Notes: generated by a model from the sequence alone, not told the origin. 54,835 nucleotides of DNA, filler included, from Sphacelaria rigidula (GCA_964200075.2; 5 parts of 5 records of this genome joined end to end with filler, not necessarily neighbours in it), one strand, 5' to 3'. Shown: positions 11,130 to 23,351, counted from the whole stretch's first letter. Program-made: numbers and translations.

Positions 11130-13290
11130 TCAAGTAACAGCAGGTCGCAGTGCCCCGAGTCAGTGCTGCCGCTGCGGCAGACCTCTCGAAGGCCGACACA
11201 GCGGGAGCGCGGCCACAGGAGCCGCGCCGAATGAAGGGTATTTCGTACCTGAAGGGCTTCTGAGACTTCTCGCAGTAGCAGCGACATCAGGCACGCGCGT
11301 GGCTATGGCCGAATATATCATCGCCGCGAGGTAGAGTCAAATCCACCACCGCAGCCGATGCTTTGGCAAGTCCAACCTCTCCTGCGCGCCGCTCACCGCT
11401 ACAAGTCCTCCGACACTTTTTCGAAAGAGAAGCGACCGTCCCTGCCACGTACTTCACGCCCATGATCGGCGTCGATCACGACAGTGATGGCAATGGTGCC
11501 GACTTTCCACGTGCTGCGGCGTACGCGGGGGCAACATTTTTGGAAGGCGAGTTCGTGAGTGGGTGCCCTCCTGCGCAGGGGGAGAGGGGTTTGCCAGGTG
11601 GCCCACTAGCCGACGCCGGTTCCAGTGAGAGGTTGTGCGACCTCAAATTTGCCGACGCTTCTTCCGGACGCATCCGCCGCTGCAATACGAAAACGGTGGT
11701 GGCCAAGACCTCGACAGGATCAGTCCTGGGATTCTGGTCCGGGGTGGTAGCCAAGACAGGGCTCTGGCCGCCGCCCCTTGTGGTGATCGCGCGGATACCC
11801 TTGTGGAGGCACAACCAGTTTTGGCGTTGTGATGGAACACATCACCCCACCGCTTGCCGTCGCTACAACCGACGGCACCGATAAAGAAGAAAAACGGGCG
11901 CTGCGACAGGAAATTGGGGACAACTCTACGGCAGAACCTGACGACCGTGACTCGACTACTGCCTTCGGCGACAGGGCGATTGTCGGATCGATGTAGCCCG
12001 TCATGGTGAGCAGCATGGTGATGGTAGCTACGGGATCGACACATCTACCACAAACGGTGTCGCCACCTTTCTCAGAGCTTGCCCTCATCCAGTCCCTCGC
12101 ACCCATCGCCGGGGGATAATGGCGCATAACTCCATACTGGACCTCATCCACAAAGCGGTTTCGGGTGGGAGGGCTTCGCTCGTGTCGATAGCAGGTGGGG
12201 GCTTCGCCAATACTGCAGCAAAGACTTCAGAGTTAGCAACAGCGGCGGCGGCGGCGACATCAGTGGAGACAATAGCTGGTATGCCCGCGTTGGAATCGAG
12301 GATCGTCATCGGTTTGGCAGCGGGGAGGAGTGAGGGTGGGGGTTCAGGGAGGTGATAATGATCTCCTCACCCCGGACGGCATGGTGTTTGGCGCCGCCCC
12401 CGCCTGCATGGCGGAAAGTCATCATGGCGATGAGACGGGCGGCGTCGAGCGGGGGCTGGAGTCTATGTCCATAAGGGGAGTACGATCGACTGTCCCGTCA
12501 GCGAACACACGATTCATGGCATACCCGTCGCATGGATTGCCGAGTGTCGTGACCGCCACCTCGGAACGGCATCGACGGGCTCGAGTCTGCCGACGCCGAG
12601 AGCTCGGGCGTCACGCCAGTCGTCGAGGCCGCATGTAAGGCGGGGTCGATGGTGACGGGTATCGACAGTCCTCCCCCGGGAGTAAGCCTTCAGCTTTCGC
12701 TGCTCTTCAACGCCGTCTCGATGAAAATTACGTCGGGTAGTAGCATCAAAATTGAAGGCATCGGGTGCGCTTTTGATCTCGAGGCGTACAGCACTGTGAG
12801 ATTCATCCCTCACCTCGACATGGGGATGGGTGATGCCGTTGGCGTCGTTGCCGTACATGCACCCCGCACCGCGATCGGCTTGGCGTCAGATGCATGTTCT
12901 GCATATCACGCGCCGCCGCGGGCGTCCGTCGATACCCCCGTTGCTGCCTTAGTAGCCCCCTAGCAGCGTCCCGGTGGGATTTTGAGAACAATCATGCGCG
13001 GCGACGTGTATCGCCGCAATCTAGGGGCTAGGGTGCACACCAGAAATCGATGGTGGTTGCCACGCGCGAGCAACACCACCAGAACTCCACCCGACGGTGT
13101 CAGGCAGCCGGTTCATTCGGCTGCCGACCACGCTGCTGACGAGGAGTCGGGGCCGGGACCACCTAGGAAGCGATGGTGGTTTTCACTCGTGAGGCATTTG
13201 ATGGTCGCCGCGGCGGCGGTAGGGCCTGGGCAGGGGCACCGAGAAAACATCGACAGCAACGCACAGTCAGCTGAGCTATGCGAATCGATC
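11130..13290 (-). pseudogene. Decayed GC-rich coding-like sequence of unknown identity
   Basis: Chain of overlapping minus-strand ORFs with S/P/T/A-rich translations (e.g. 12085-12309 continuing by frameshift into 11720-12151), broken by stops. No domain recognised. Confidence 0.3.
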
Positions 13291-13642
13291 CAAAAATATG
13301 AAGGTAAAAAAAAACGTGTCCAAGCTCTTCCTGATGGAAAGATCAAGCTAACCAGTCAGACACAGAGGATCCGTCCGGTCGATCGTACGAGATTCGCAGA
13401 AGCGCAGAAGAAGGCCTTCCGAGTACCTTTGCTCCGTGAGCTCTTTCGAGCCAAAATAGTCTTTTCGCCCGAAAGAGCGTACTGAGGGTTTCGTTTGTTG
13501 TATCGGTTTCATTTTCAATATTTTTTCAGGCGAAAATGATGCTGATTCCAGATGTGGACATCCAAGCGGATACTTTCTACGATAGCCACCCCCCAAAACC
13601 AGCTCAAAAGTGTCACGAAAAAAATGGCCATACAGCGCCACA

Positions 13643-13923
13643 CAGAGGATTCTATAAAATGAGGTTCATCAATGAAATGAGGTTCGAGCCCGAAACAGTA
13701 CTTTCTCCACGCTTTCAGCGATGGTGCCCAATGACTTTTTTGTCGGCCTAATGCCCCTCAATCGCGTAGATACTTTTTCAGCGCATTTTACCGACTCTGT
13801 GAGCTTACAGCGCTGACCGAACTGTTGTTTTCCCTGATATCACCCCCCCCCCCTAAAAAATAAGGTACTGTTTTGAGCTCGAACCTCATTTCATTGATGA
13901 ACCTCATTTTATAGAATCCTCTA
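13643..13923. mobile_element. MITE with about 58-bp TIRs (CAG/TAG ends, hAT-like), no TSD
   Basis: AGAGGATTCTATAAAATGAGGTTCATCAATGAAATGAGGTTCGAGC.. occurs inverted at both ends, with an internal AAATGAGGTTC doublet. Flanks are not duplicated. Confidence 0.85.
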
Positions 13924-15138
13924 ATGTTTCGAAAATTCCGACTGGGTTGACGGTTGGTAGACTCCTCTCCACAAAGCTCTGCACCGCGCCATCAATCGCC
14001 GCTCGCTCCCCAAACTGCTGCTGCTTTGACACAAGTCCTTGATGGTTTCATGGCCGCTATGGATGCCGACCGCGCCTCGGGGAAGTCAGGCCCGGATTTA
14101 CTCCGTGATCTGGAGCGCCGCATGACCGGCTACTTTGATCGCAGCACTCAAGGGAGTGCTATCCAACGACTCAGTTTTTTTGGTGTCGCAACAGATGTCC
14201 CCTTCGCGGACTACCTCCGAGAATTGAAGCTTCTCGTTTCCAGTAGCATGGAAGTAGGTCGCCAGACTGGCCCATCAGACGCAATGTGTCAATCATATGT
14301 GAGGAATAGTGTTTCCGAGCAGTTCCCGACACTAATGCCGTCGCTGTTTCCAGGTACTTTAGCCCACCGCAAAGTGCTTTATCCCTCTGTGGATGCGATG
14401 TGGAGCGCGTTTGTCCATCAAGAAAATAATTTGACGCCAGCCATTCGCGGCGACAAGTATGCTTCAGCTCGTTCCCAGTCTGCTTTTGCACCTTCTTCGA
14501 CCCCTTCCGGGTCCCGTCATCGGTCTCACACTTCGCTTCGATCCTCGTGGGTGCCCGCCTCCGTGGCCGGCTCCGTTATGAGCGTTGCAAACAAGGGAGA
14601 TCTGTTCAGCGCCAGCTTCGACGGATGGCCGTACTCCGCTGAGACTTAGGATGATGTTTACACTGTTTTTACCTCTGCGTTTACTACCGATGACCCACAT
14701 CTGTGGAACCCCCTCCTCTCGTCTGCTGCCAGACACGAGGCTTTCAGCCGCCACGCAAATAGTTGCATAAATTGCAACACCCGAGGGCACAGTATGCGCG
14801 ATTGTACTTGCCCTTGTATCAACTGTTTCGACCTCATGAACTCTGAGCTGCAGGACAATGAGCCACCAGCATGGCTCCGATGACAGAAACGCATGCGTGA
14901 ATACCGCACACCCAACCGTCATTCTTGCCGCCCTTTCAACAACCGCGACAACACTCGCTCAAATCGTGACAGTCGCCCCAACAACTACGACAACTCTGGC
15001 TCTCAGCGAAGAGAGAGTTCTTCTCACCGTCACCGGAATTCCGCCGATAGACACCAGCGCACGGGGCCGAATTACAATCACTCGAACCCCAACGCCAGAA
15101 ACCCTGGTTCTTGTATGACTGATCGTACCGATCGATGA
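13924..15138 (+). pseudogene. Ty3/Gypsy gag (5'-truncated) with CCHC zinc knuckle
   Basis: ORF 13954-14649 continues past an in-frame TAG into CINCNTRGHSMRDC (14764-14805) and then an R/N-rich tail. Homologous to 43545-43800 (LTQVLDG..MD.DRA.GK.GP.LL.DLERR..GYFD). Confidence 0.8.
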
Positions 15139-15922
15139 CATGCCGACGCCGGCGTTTTTACGTCTTCTGCGCCGCCGACAGCACACACGAAGACTACTTC
15201 AACACCAACCGCGGAACGAGTGACCAAACTTTCTCGCTCAGCCTCTCCGGCACTATGCAGGAGTTCTAATGACGGCCGCTCATATCGACCCCCGTCCTAA
15301 CCTCTTCGCACACAGCGTGACAGTTGCGTGGCTCACAACTTAGCCCTACCCTCGGCTCTAGACTTGGTCCTCCGGAGCTGAGCGTAAGTCTGAGGTATGG
15401 GAACACCAACCGCCCGTCTCTGAGGCAAAGGGCTCCCTCAGCAACCGCACGCACAGGCAGTAGTGTAATTCACTCGACTGGTTCAGGTATCGCTAGTCAG
15501 AATTTGACCGCTTCGGACCAGGTAACACCCACCCCGGTCGAACGAGTTCATTCTTCGCGTTCATTGCACCATGCGAAGCTACCCCTGAATGGTTACCACA
15601 TAAACCATCCTACTATACCTTCGATTATGACTCCTCAGCCAAGCCTGCCAGTGGGCAGTCCACAAGCTTCGCCCGAGCATGCCCCGATGCTGACCCCATC
15701 CACTGAACTGGACGCAGTCGGGTTTTCCCCATACATATTGGAAGTTCCCCGCCCTTTGTCACGGCGAGAGAGGAAGCCCCGTGAACATGCTCCCACTGAA
15801 GCGCGCGCATTACAAGTACACCTCCCTCGAGTGGAAAATCTCGTCCTCACTCTCTCCAAAATGCGACGACTTTGAGCTCGATGAGTTTATCAAGTGTCCG
15901 AGAAAAATCCAAATAAGATATT

Positions 15923-18900
15923 TTGGATATTCCTACCTCTTCTGCGGACTACACTGAACAAGACGGATCTACTTTAGACGTTGATCCCTTCCTTCCTAAC
16001 ACGGTCATATATGAAATTGCTTATGACCAGCCGAGCTGTGCTCACTCTGGGGACTACACATCATCCACCAAACTTTCTGGTGAGAAAATTGACCCCCCGG
16101 CGGATCACCCGCCCTCCATTTTCGCCGTCAGCACTACTGATTCCGATCAACTTACCTTGGCTGAAGACTGTCCGGATCTTATCGGCGGTAAAGTGTCTGT
16201 TGACCCTGCCACTTTTACTACTCGCGTAGCGCTCCATTGTAGACCATACGCAACCACGACTGCCAAATGCATCTCTTTGTTAGACAGCGGCAGCCCACAA
16301 ACATTTATTCGTGAATCAATGTGGGAACATATGAAACAGATTGGCGCTGCTTCAGCAGCTTGCGAAATCACCACTAAACCTCGACTATGGGGCGGTTTTG
16401 GTGACTCCACCGCACCTTTGACCACACGAATATCAGTTCGTCTCAGTGTGCAATTATTTCACAACACAACTCGTTCTGCCAGCCTTGCAGTCTGGGCATA
16501 TGTTGTCCTCGACAGCACCATGGCTCACGCCTTACTCATGGGCCGAGATAGCTACATGCGGTTTGATCAACGCACCTACCGCACACTACTACCATTATCG
16601 CCACAGTCTGCGTCTCGTGGAGAACTCAACCTTGAACATTTCGGTACTCTTCACGGCGCCTTGGCCTATCAAAAAAATGAACAAGCTACCGGAGCTGCCT
16701 ACCACCTCCGATACGATGGTACTGCTGGTGTGACCCTCTCCGATGATCCTCAACTGCTAGAAGTTGCCTTAGGTCGCCGAAATGGCATGCCTGCCCTTAC
16801 GGGACATTACTTCGCTGAAATGCTTCCTCGGGTTGGTGCGCCTGCCGGCACAGAACACTTTGTCTCCGCAGGAAAACAACTTTTTCCACTCACGGGACAC
16901 GCTAACTTGGAACCCGGAGATGTTTTGGGTATTGCTGCTGCTCCCCTCATGCACATTACACTTGAGACATGTGCCACTGAACCTTCTATGCCCAACTCGG
17001 CGCCTCCGACAGACGCTTCTGTCAATTGCGTCGATGGGCCTTACTTCGACGTAACCTCTTCGTCTCCATCACGTATCCACATCGTGGACCCTGCACCGTC
17101 AACGTCCGATCCTCCTGCTGAAGTGCTACAACACCTGTCTTCAGAATCTCGGACAAGTTTCTTGCACATGTGGGATCAACTTCCATCCCATTTACGTGAC
17201 ATCAACTTTGACCTACATGGACCCGGTTGGGAGCCCGCTGTAATCAAAGAATTGAGCGATGTTTTATTGGAGTACCAAGACAGATTTTCTCGATCCAAAA
17301 CGGATCTGGGGCATTGCAAAACGCTGCCCTTTGAAATCAGCCTTCAACCTGGCGTTTCGCCAATCTCTTCTCGACCGTATCGGACGAACCCCATCCTTAC
17401 CAAAAACGTTAACGCCATTTTAGATGCGTACTTGGGTGCCGGATTAATCCAACACTCCTCTTCTCCGTGGGCCTCACCGCTAGTGGTAGTCCCCCAAAAG
17501 GATGGAAACATACGCATCACCGTGAATTATCAACGGCTAAATCGCGTCACTGTAGTGGGAAAACTTCCCATTCCTCGCATAGATGAAGTGTTCGACTTTC
17601 TAGGCGAAGGCAAAATATTCAGTACCTTCGACCTCGCTTCTGGATTTTTCCAGAACGCCATCCACCCTGATACAGTCCCACCGACAACGTTCTGTACATC
17701 TTCTGGACTCCACGAATGGCTCCGTATGCTACAAGGTGCCGCCACTGCACCAGGTTGTTTTCAACGCTTAATGCAACGCGTTACAGAGAATCTCGAACAC
17801 GTCATCATGTACTTGGACGACGCTATCGCATTCGATGCCTCCTCTCTTGCGCATGTGCGCACCTTACGAGAGTTTCTTTCTCGCCTGCGGAAGCACGATT
17901 TGAAACTGTCTCCATCCAAAGCTCGCCTTGGCGCGACTGAACTGGATTTTCTGGGACACTCAATTTCACCGGCGGGTCTACACCCCGAAACCAACAAAGT
18001 CAGAGCAATGGCTGAATTGCCGATGCCCACGAACATTACTCAGCTCCGCTCATTGTTGGGTGGACTGTCCTACTATCGCAATTTTTTGCCTAACCTGTCC
18101 AAACGGATTCGCCCCATTACGGACTTGCTTGAAAAAGGCGCCGCGTTTGTCTTCACCAAAGATATAAAAGCTATCGTGCGCGACTTGCTAAAAACACTCA
18201 CCGAAAAATCGGTCCTTTGTTTCCCGGACTGGGATGCCGTACAAGACGGCTTCCGCCTCTTTCAACTACATACAAACGCGAGCCGACGGGCTCGGCGCGG
18301 TCCTGAATCAGCCTCAACTCGATGGCTCTATTCGACCCATCCTCTATATCAGTCGCGCCACCCTTCCAAACGAGGCCGACTGGAGTCCACTGGAGCTGAA
18401 AGGCGGAGTCATCACTTGAGTGATGCTACGGTAGGGGTCCGGAAATAATTTCTGAGGTTAGAATTGTTAGGAGCACCTCATCTCATCCAAAACACGACTT
18501 ATGAAAATTTGCGAGAGTACGCCAGGATTACTACTCCAATGTGCTGGGGATATGCCGAATAAATCTGCAAACGGGGATGCCCTTGCCCATATTCTTGTGC
18601 GTCTAGAATCGTTAGGAGCCCGTGAACCAGACAAAATTTCGCGAAAAAAGTGCACCCCTACCGTAGCATTGCTCACTTGGGCCATAAAGCGCCTTCGACA
18701 ATATTTGTTCCATGTGCCTTTCCAAATCTACATGGATCACGGAGCACTTGAACAACTCGCCAAAGTTGGCGAACATAACCCGCGCGTGCAACGCTGGTTG
18801 GAGTTCCTGACAGCTTATCAGTATACTGTCAAACACCGCCCTGGCGAAACCAACGGGAATGCTGACCTTCTCTCCCGCCTGCCCCTTCCTCCAACGGCTG

Positions 18901-21692
18901 TGGATTTCAGCCCCGCTTGTCGACTAACTGAACCCGATGAACCCGGCGTGTATCCTATCCGGCGTTTCTTAACGCCCATCTACGCCCTTGACCTTCATTG
19001 CCCAGAGACGGGTATGCACATGGGCGGCCCCCGCCCCCTACCGTATGATGCAGTCTTGAATGGGCTACAACCCACCGACGCCGATTTCGCCGATTTCCGT
19101 ACTATCGGTCCTCGCGCAAATATTGCAGTTTCGCCACCTCCAGTTGTCCATCTCATTTCCGACAACACGCACTCTCGGTCTGCCGTCCGCGCTAACCCTC
19201 CCCGTACCCCACCGCCACCGTCAACGCCTACTGCTCCTGCAAGCAGCGTAGCGCCGGCTCCCCGCAACACCGCACCACGAGCCTTGACAACCCTCGCCAC
19301 GCGCAATTCTCACAACAAGCGCCGAGCGCGATCTCCGGCGCGCACTACTGCGACATCGCCGTCCGCCGCGGCCCCGCCAGTACCCAACCCTTCTGATGCT
19401 TCCGATGCTCACATCGACGCTGGCACCTCCCCCCCGTCGCCTGTTCCACCGCTTCCTGAGCCACCATGTCTGATCGGCTCTCCGGCGGACGGACAACTAC
19501 GCGAATTTCTCGCCAGTTACTCCCATCGTGATTGGGCTCGTGAACAACACGCAGAACCATTATGCCGTGCAACCATGCGGTACCTCCGTGCTGGCTGCCC
19601 TGCTCCTATCCCGACTAATGTATTGGCCCCGACTGGCACACTGCCACCACCAAACGCCGCCGAGATGTACGAACTCGCACGCAAAGATACTATCTTCACG
19701 ACTGATGACGGAATCGAATTGCTTGTCCGCCGCCCTACGCTCCAGCGGGGTGTGACTTCACCCGCGCTCACTGGACGTCATGCACGACTACTCGACGATG
19801 AACCCACACGGGTATATGTTCCATTTCGGATGCGACCGTGGGTAATGAAAGGCTGCCACACTGACCTGTCTTGCCACCTTGGTGTCACGCGCACATTAGC
19901 GTTACCCGAACGTATTTACTGGTGGATCGGTATGGAAGTGTCCACCCGCTTCTGGATTCGGCGCTGCTTCAAGTGTCATGCACGCAAAACCTCACGACAG
20001 ACTATACGTTGGCCAGTTATTTCAATGGTACTTCCCAACGCTCCTGGTCACCTCGTGTATTTCGCCTATTTCGGCCCTTTACCGCCCACTGACCGTGGCA
20101 ACACCTACATCTTACTCTTTACCGACCGTTTCAGCCATCACGCAGCCATGTACGCAGTCACCGCTGGAGACTTCACAGCAGCGGGCACAGCTAATATCTT
20201 AGTTTATGTTTCATGACTACAGTATATCGAGTACTATGGTTGCCCGAAACGGCTTCTCGCCGACAATGGTCAGCAATTTTGCTCCGATCTCTCGGACGAA
20301 CTGTATACGCTCCTGGGCATTCGAAAGATAGCCACGAGCGCTTATCACCCTAATGGTAACGGTGGCACTAAAAGAGTTTACCACACCATGGCCCAGATGC
20401 TGTCTATGGTAGTTAACGATCGACAAAACGATTGGGATCTCCATCTCTCACATGTCATGCTGTCTTATAACAACTCGGTCAACGCTGCTTCCGGCCTTTC
20501 CCCGAACGAGTTACATCTCGGCCGCTACTCCCGCCTGCCCATCACAGTGTTCGAGAGACACACCTTTGATGGCCACCAAGGCTTGGATCAGGATCAGATA
20601 CCCTACCATGACCTGGCGCGTGCACGCCAGCGCAAAGCTTTCACTCTCGTGCGTGAACAACCCGCTATCAACGCCTCGCGTCTTGAGAGATCTAATAATG
20701 CTCTCTATCATCTGATGCACAAACGACCTACTTGGAAGGTTGGCGAATGGGTCTGGGTTTACAACAGTTTGTCAACCATTCGCCAAGGCGCCGACAAAGC
20801 TGCCAACGAGATAGTCTTGAAGACGAAGCTATCCCTCAACTGGATAGGACCATTCAAGACTCTGACCGTAGGGCCCTCGCCATCATCACCTGATGGCGAA
20901 CCTGTTGGGGACAAACTGCTTTATCTCGATCTTCCTCGCGATCTCCAAGGACATGACGCCAAATCTCGCTCCTCTGTGCACCGTTGTAAGGCTTGCATCA
21001 ATCCGCATGACAGTAGAGACATGCCCAAATATCTGCCTGCCGGTCTTACGCAGTACGTTCTTAACAGCTATTGGACCAAGCCACCGCCTTACCACGTTAC
21101 TACCGAAGATGTGACGGAACAATCCCTTCGTCTCGCCGTCTCCCACATTTCTGGACACCAGATCACCCGCGGTCGAAGCGGTAAAATTGCTGCCATGTAC
21201 AAAACTCACCGGCAAGGCCTTCGGAGAGCGTCTTGGGAACGCGAATCTGACCTCCAGCTGCACCGCCGAGCTATTCTCCTGTACTGGACACAACCTCAGC
21301 AGCAACATCATGCTAACAACAAGAAATATCGCAACATACGCCGCGGCACAGCACCACGCGAACTTCACCGTGACAAAGGTTTACGCTTTGTCGCCGATGG
21401 CTATGAGTTGGTAGCCACCCAGCATTGGAAAGAAAAGATCCGCACAAAACAGAAAACCCTCCCCGAAGGCGTCTACCTCTGGTACAAAGGCAGCGACAAC
21501 CTCTAGTGGCTAGGCCAGACCCACTCCACAGACCTCATCGCACCTGACACATACATTGTGCGCTTCATCGATGACCCCGGACCCGTGCAGCTCAAGCTCC
21601 GCCCAGAGCTCTATACCACCAGTCCATCCGCACCACGAGGGTCTTGGTGTCCTCAGCGACTCAAATCCAAAGGCCCCCGCCGCGGAATCTAA
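15923..21692 (+). mobile_element. Ty3/Gypsy pol pseudogene: protease-RT-RNase H-integrase-chromodomain-extra domain
   Basis: Protease LLDSGS; RT SPWASP/DLASGF/YLDD; RNase H (T)NAS..GLGAVL/ELKGG/DHGAL; integrase CH..CHLG..YWW..CFKC, FGP, DRFS, DNGQQF, AYHPNGNG; chromo-like ISGHQ..YKTH..SWERESDL. Frameshifts near 18285 and 20210, stop at 21504, MITE insertion at 18418. Confidence 0.95.
18418..18674. mobile_element. 257-bp Sola2-like MITE inserted in the Gypsy RNase H
   Basis: ACTT|GAGTGATGCTACGGTAGGGG...CCCCTACCGTAGCATTGCTC|ACTT. Removing it restores GGVITWAIKR. Confidence 0.9.
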
Positions 21693-21876
21693 CATAATAT
21701 CCATCGCACACATGATGTTAACGCACCGCTTTAAGCTCCCACAGACCTTCTGTTTTCCGATCGACGAGATTTTTCCTTTCTCTTTTATTTTTCCTCCCCT
21801 GTCGGCGTCGCTTGGCGATGACGCTGTAAAACACGCCACTCACCACGTAAGCTAGGCAACCAGGTTACCGCTTTTT

Positions 21877-21976
21877 NNNNNNNNNNNNNNNNNNNNNNNN
21901 NNNNNNNNNNNNNNNNNNNNTTAATTAATTAANNNNNNNNNNNNNNNNNNNNNNNNNNNNNNNNNNNNNNNNNNNN
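21877..21976. other. Artificial contig linker
   Basis: N/TTAATTAATTAA/N, 100 bp. Confidence 0.98.
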
Positions 21977-22215
21977 GTGGAGAACGATTATGTCGTGGGT
22001 ACACAAAATTCGACCTAACGGTCGACGAGGGAAAGGGACTGCTGAACCCCTGTCCCGATAAAAAAAAAGGCAAGCACCGCAGAAGGAAGGTAGAGTACTA
22101 AAAAAAAAACTCCTGTGTTGACCTTTCTTCTGTGTGACATGATCCTTGCTGGTGCGCCCACATATACCGAAAGGTATAGACTGGCGCCCAGAATAGATGA
22201 GACGACAACACACAC
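21977..22215 (+). mobile_element. SINE body, truncated at the contig start
   Basis: Matches 22430-22668 (GTCGACGAGGGAA.GGGACTGCTGAA..; GGCTGGTGCGCCCA..; CAGAATAGATG.GACGACA.CACA). Confidence 0.8.
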
Positions 22216-22255
22216 TATGTAGGAAATTGGAGGATGATTTTGTACCTATCGCAAT

Positions 22256-22668
22256 GCCCGTCGCCCCGGTCGCTCGGTTGGCAACCTCGAAACCTTCTGA
22301 CGGTTGGGTCGGGGGTTCGAAATTCGGAGCGATCTGGGATATTCTCATGCCCCAACAGTGAAGAGCGACCATATCGTAGAGCGACCATGTCGTAAAGCGA
22401 TTGTGTCGTAGAGTGACTATGCCGTAGAGCGACTATGCCGTGGGTACACAAAGTATGGCTTATGGTCGACGAGGGAACGGGACTGCTGAATCCCTCTCGC
22501 GATGAGAAATAAAGGCAAGCACCGCAGAAGGGAGGTGGAATACTAATAAAAAGTGAGAAAAGAAAACTCATGTGTTAGCCTTCCTCCTGTGTGACCTCGG
22601 CTGGTGCGCCCATATATACCGAATGGTGTAGACCGACGTTCAGAATAGATGGGACGACAGCACAAACA
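22256..22668 (+). mobile_element. tRNA-derived SINE, full length, with an internal 16-bp tandem array
   Basis: A-box-like GTCGCTCGGTTGG and B-box GGTTCGAAA head; five GAGCGAC(C/T)AT(A/G)(T/C)CGTA-like units at 22363-22442; body shared with three other copies. Confidence 0.8.
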
Positions 22669-22942
22669 ATTTACTCAGTATATAATTTCTCGATATAAAA
22701 TATGACGATAACATACACCATACGAGGCGGATTTCGAGGTCTGTCGCCCATGCTTTGTGCTGAATAAATAGAAGCCATTGAGGTGGGTGACTTGCAGAGT
22801 TCTCGGGACGGCGCTGTTACCATGGGTACGACCAACGGTGCCCAAAAAGCAAATGCCAGACCCTATGTCCCTTTTTGGAATCCTGGATTTTTTCGGGGGG
22901 CGGGGGGCGGGGGGGTGGGGGGTTACTAAATCCCATACTAAA

Positions 22943-22944
<2 letters not shown>

Positions 22945-22992
<48 letters not shown>
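22945..22992 (+). repeat. (AAT)16 microsatellite, possibly a retroelement tail
   Basis: Perfect AAT run following a G-rich tract. Confidence 0.95.
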
Positions 22993-22993
<1 letters not shown>

Positions 22994-23194
22994 GAAAAAT
23001 ACGTAAACATAGAAGTTCGCGTCATTGAAGCTTTAATTCTTCGAATGACTTCGGAGCGAAGTTAAGGTCAAGTTATATTTCTGGGCTTCGGCGATACACT
23101 GCACGTCACACTTCCACGACAAGAACAAGACCAGACGAATACGACAGTGCTCTGAAATGCTTCCTAAATCAAGCTAAACGCATCTATCTGCACC

Positions 23195-23351
23195 CACACG
23201 CGGCCATTTGGCTGCCCCTAAAATTCCAGAGCAGTCAATTTTCGAGCCTCCCGAGGGTATGAACGCCCCGCTCCCAGAGGAATTAAACGCCTCGGGAGGG
23301 CCGCGCATCCCTCCGGAGGCATTTTCGGCAGTGGCAAAATGGCCGCGTGTG
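23195..23351. mobile_element. 157-bp MITE with CAC termini and 2-bp TSD (CMC/EnSpm-like)
   Basis: CC|CACACGCGGCCATTT...AAATGGCCGCGTGTG|CC; the interior is also partly palindromic. Confidence 0.7.

Noticed and set aside
18501-18674. Apparent novel N-terminus of the 571-aa ORF
   Set aside because: It is MITE sequence read in frame into the RNase H remainder.
22263-22332. Possible tRNA gene
   Set aside because: No intact acceptor or anticodon stems, and it is attached to a repeated body, so it is a SINE head.
22363-22442. Regular 16-bp repeats, CRISPR-like at a glance
   Set aside because: No spacers; tandem units inside a SINE in a eukaryotic genome.
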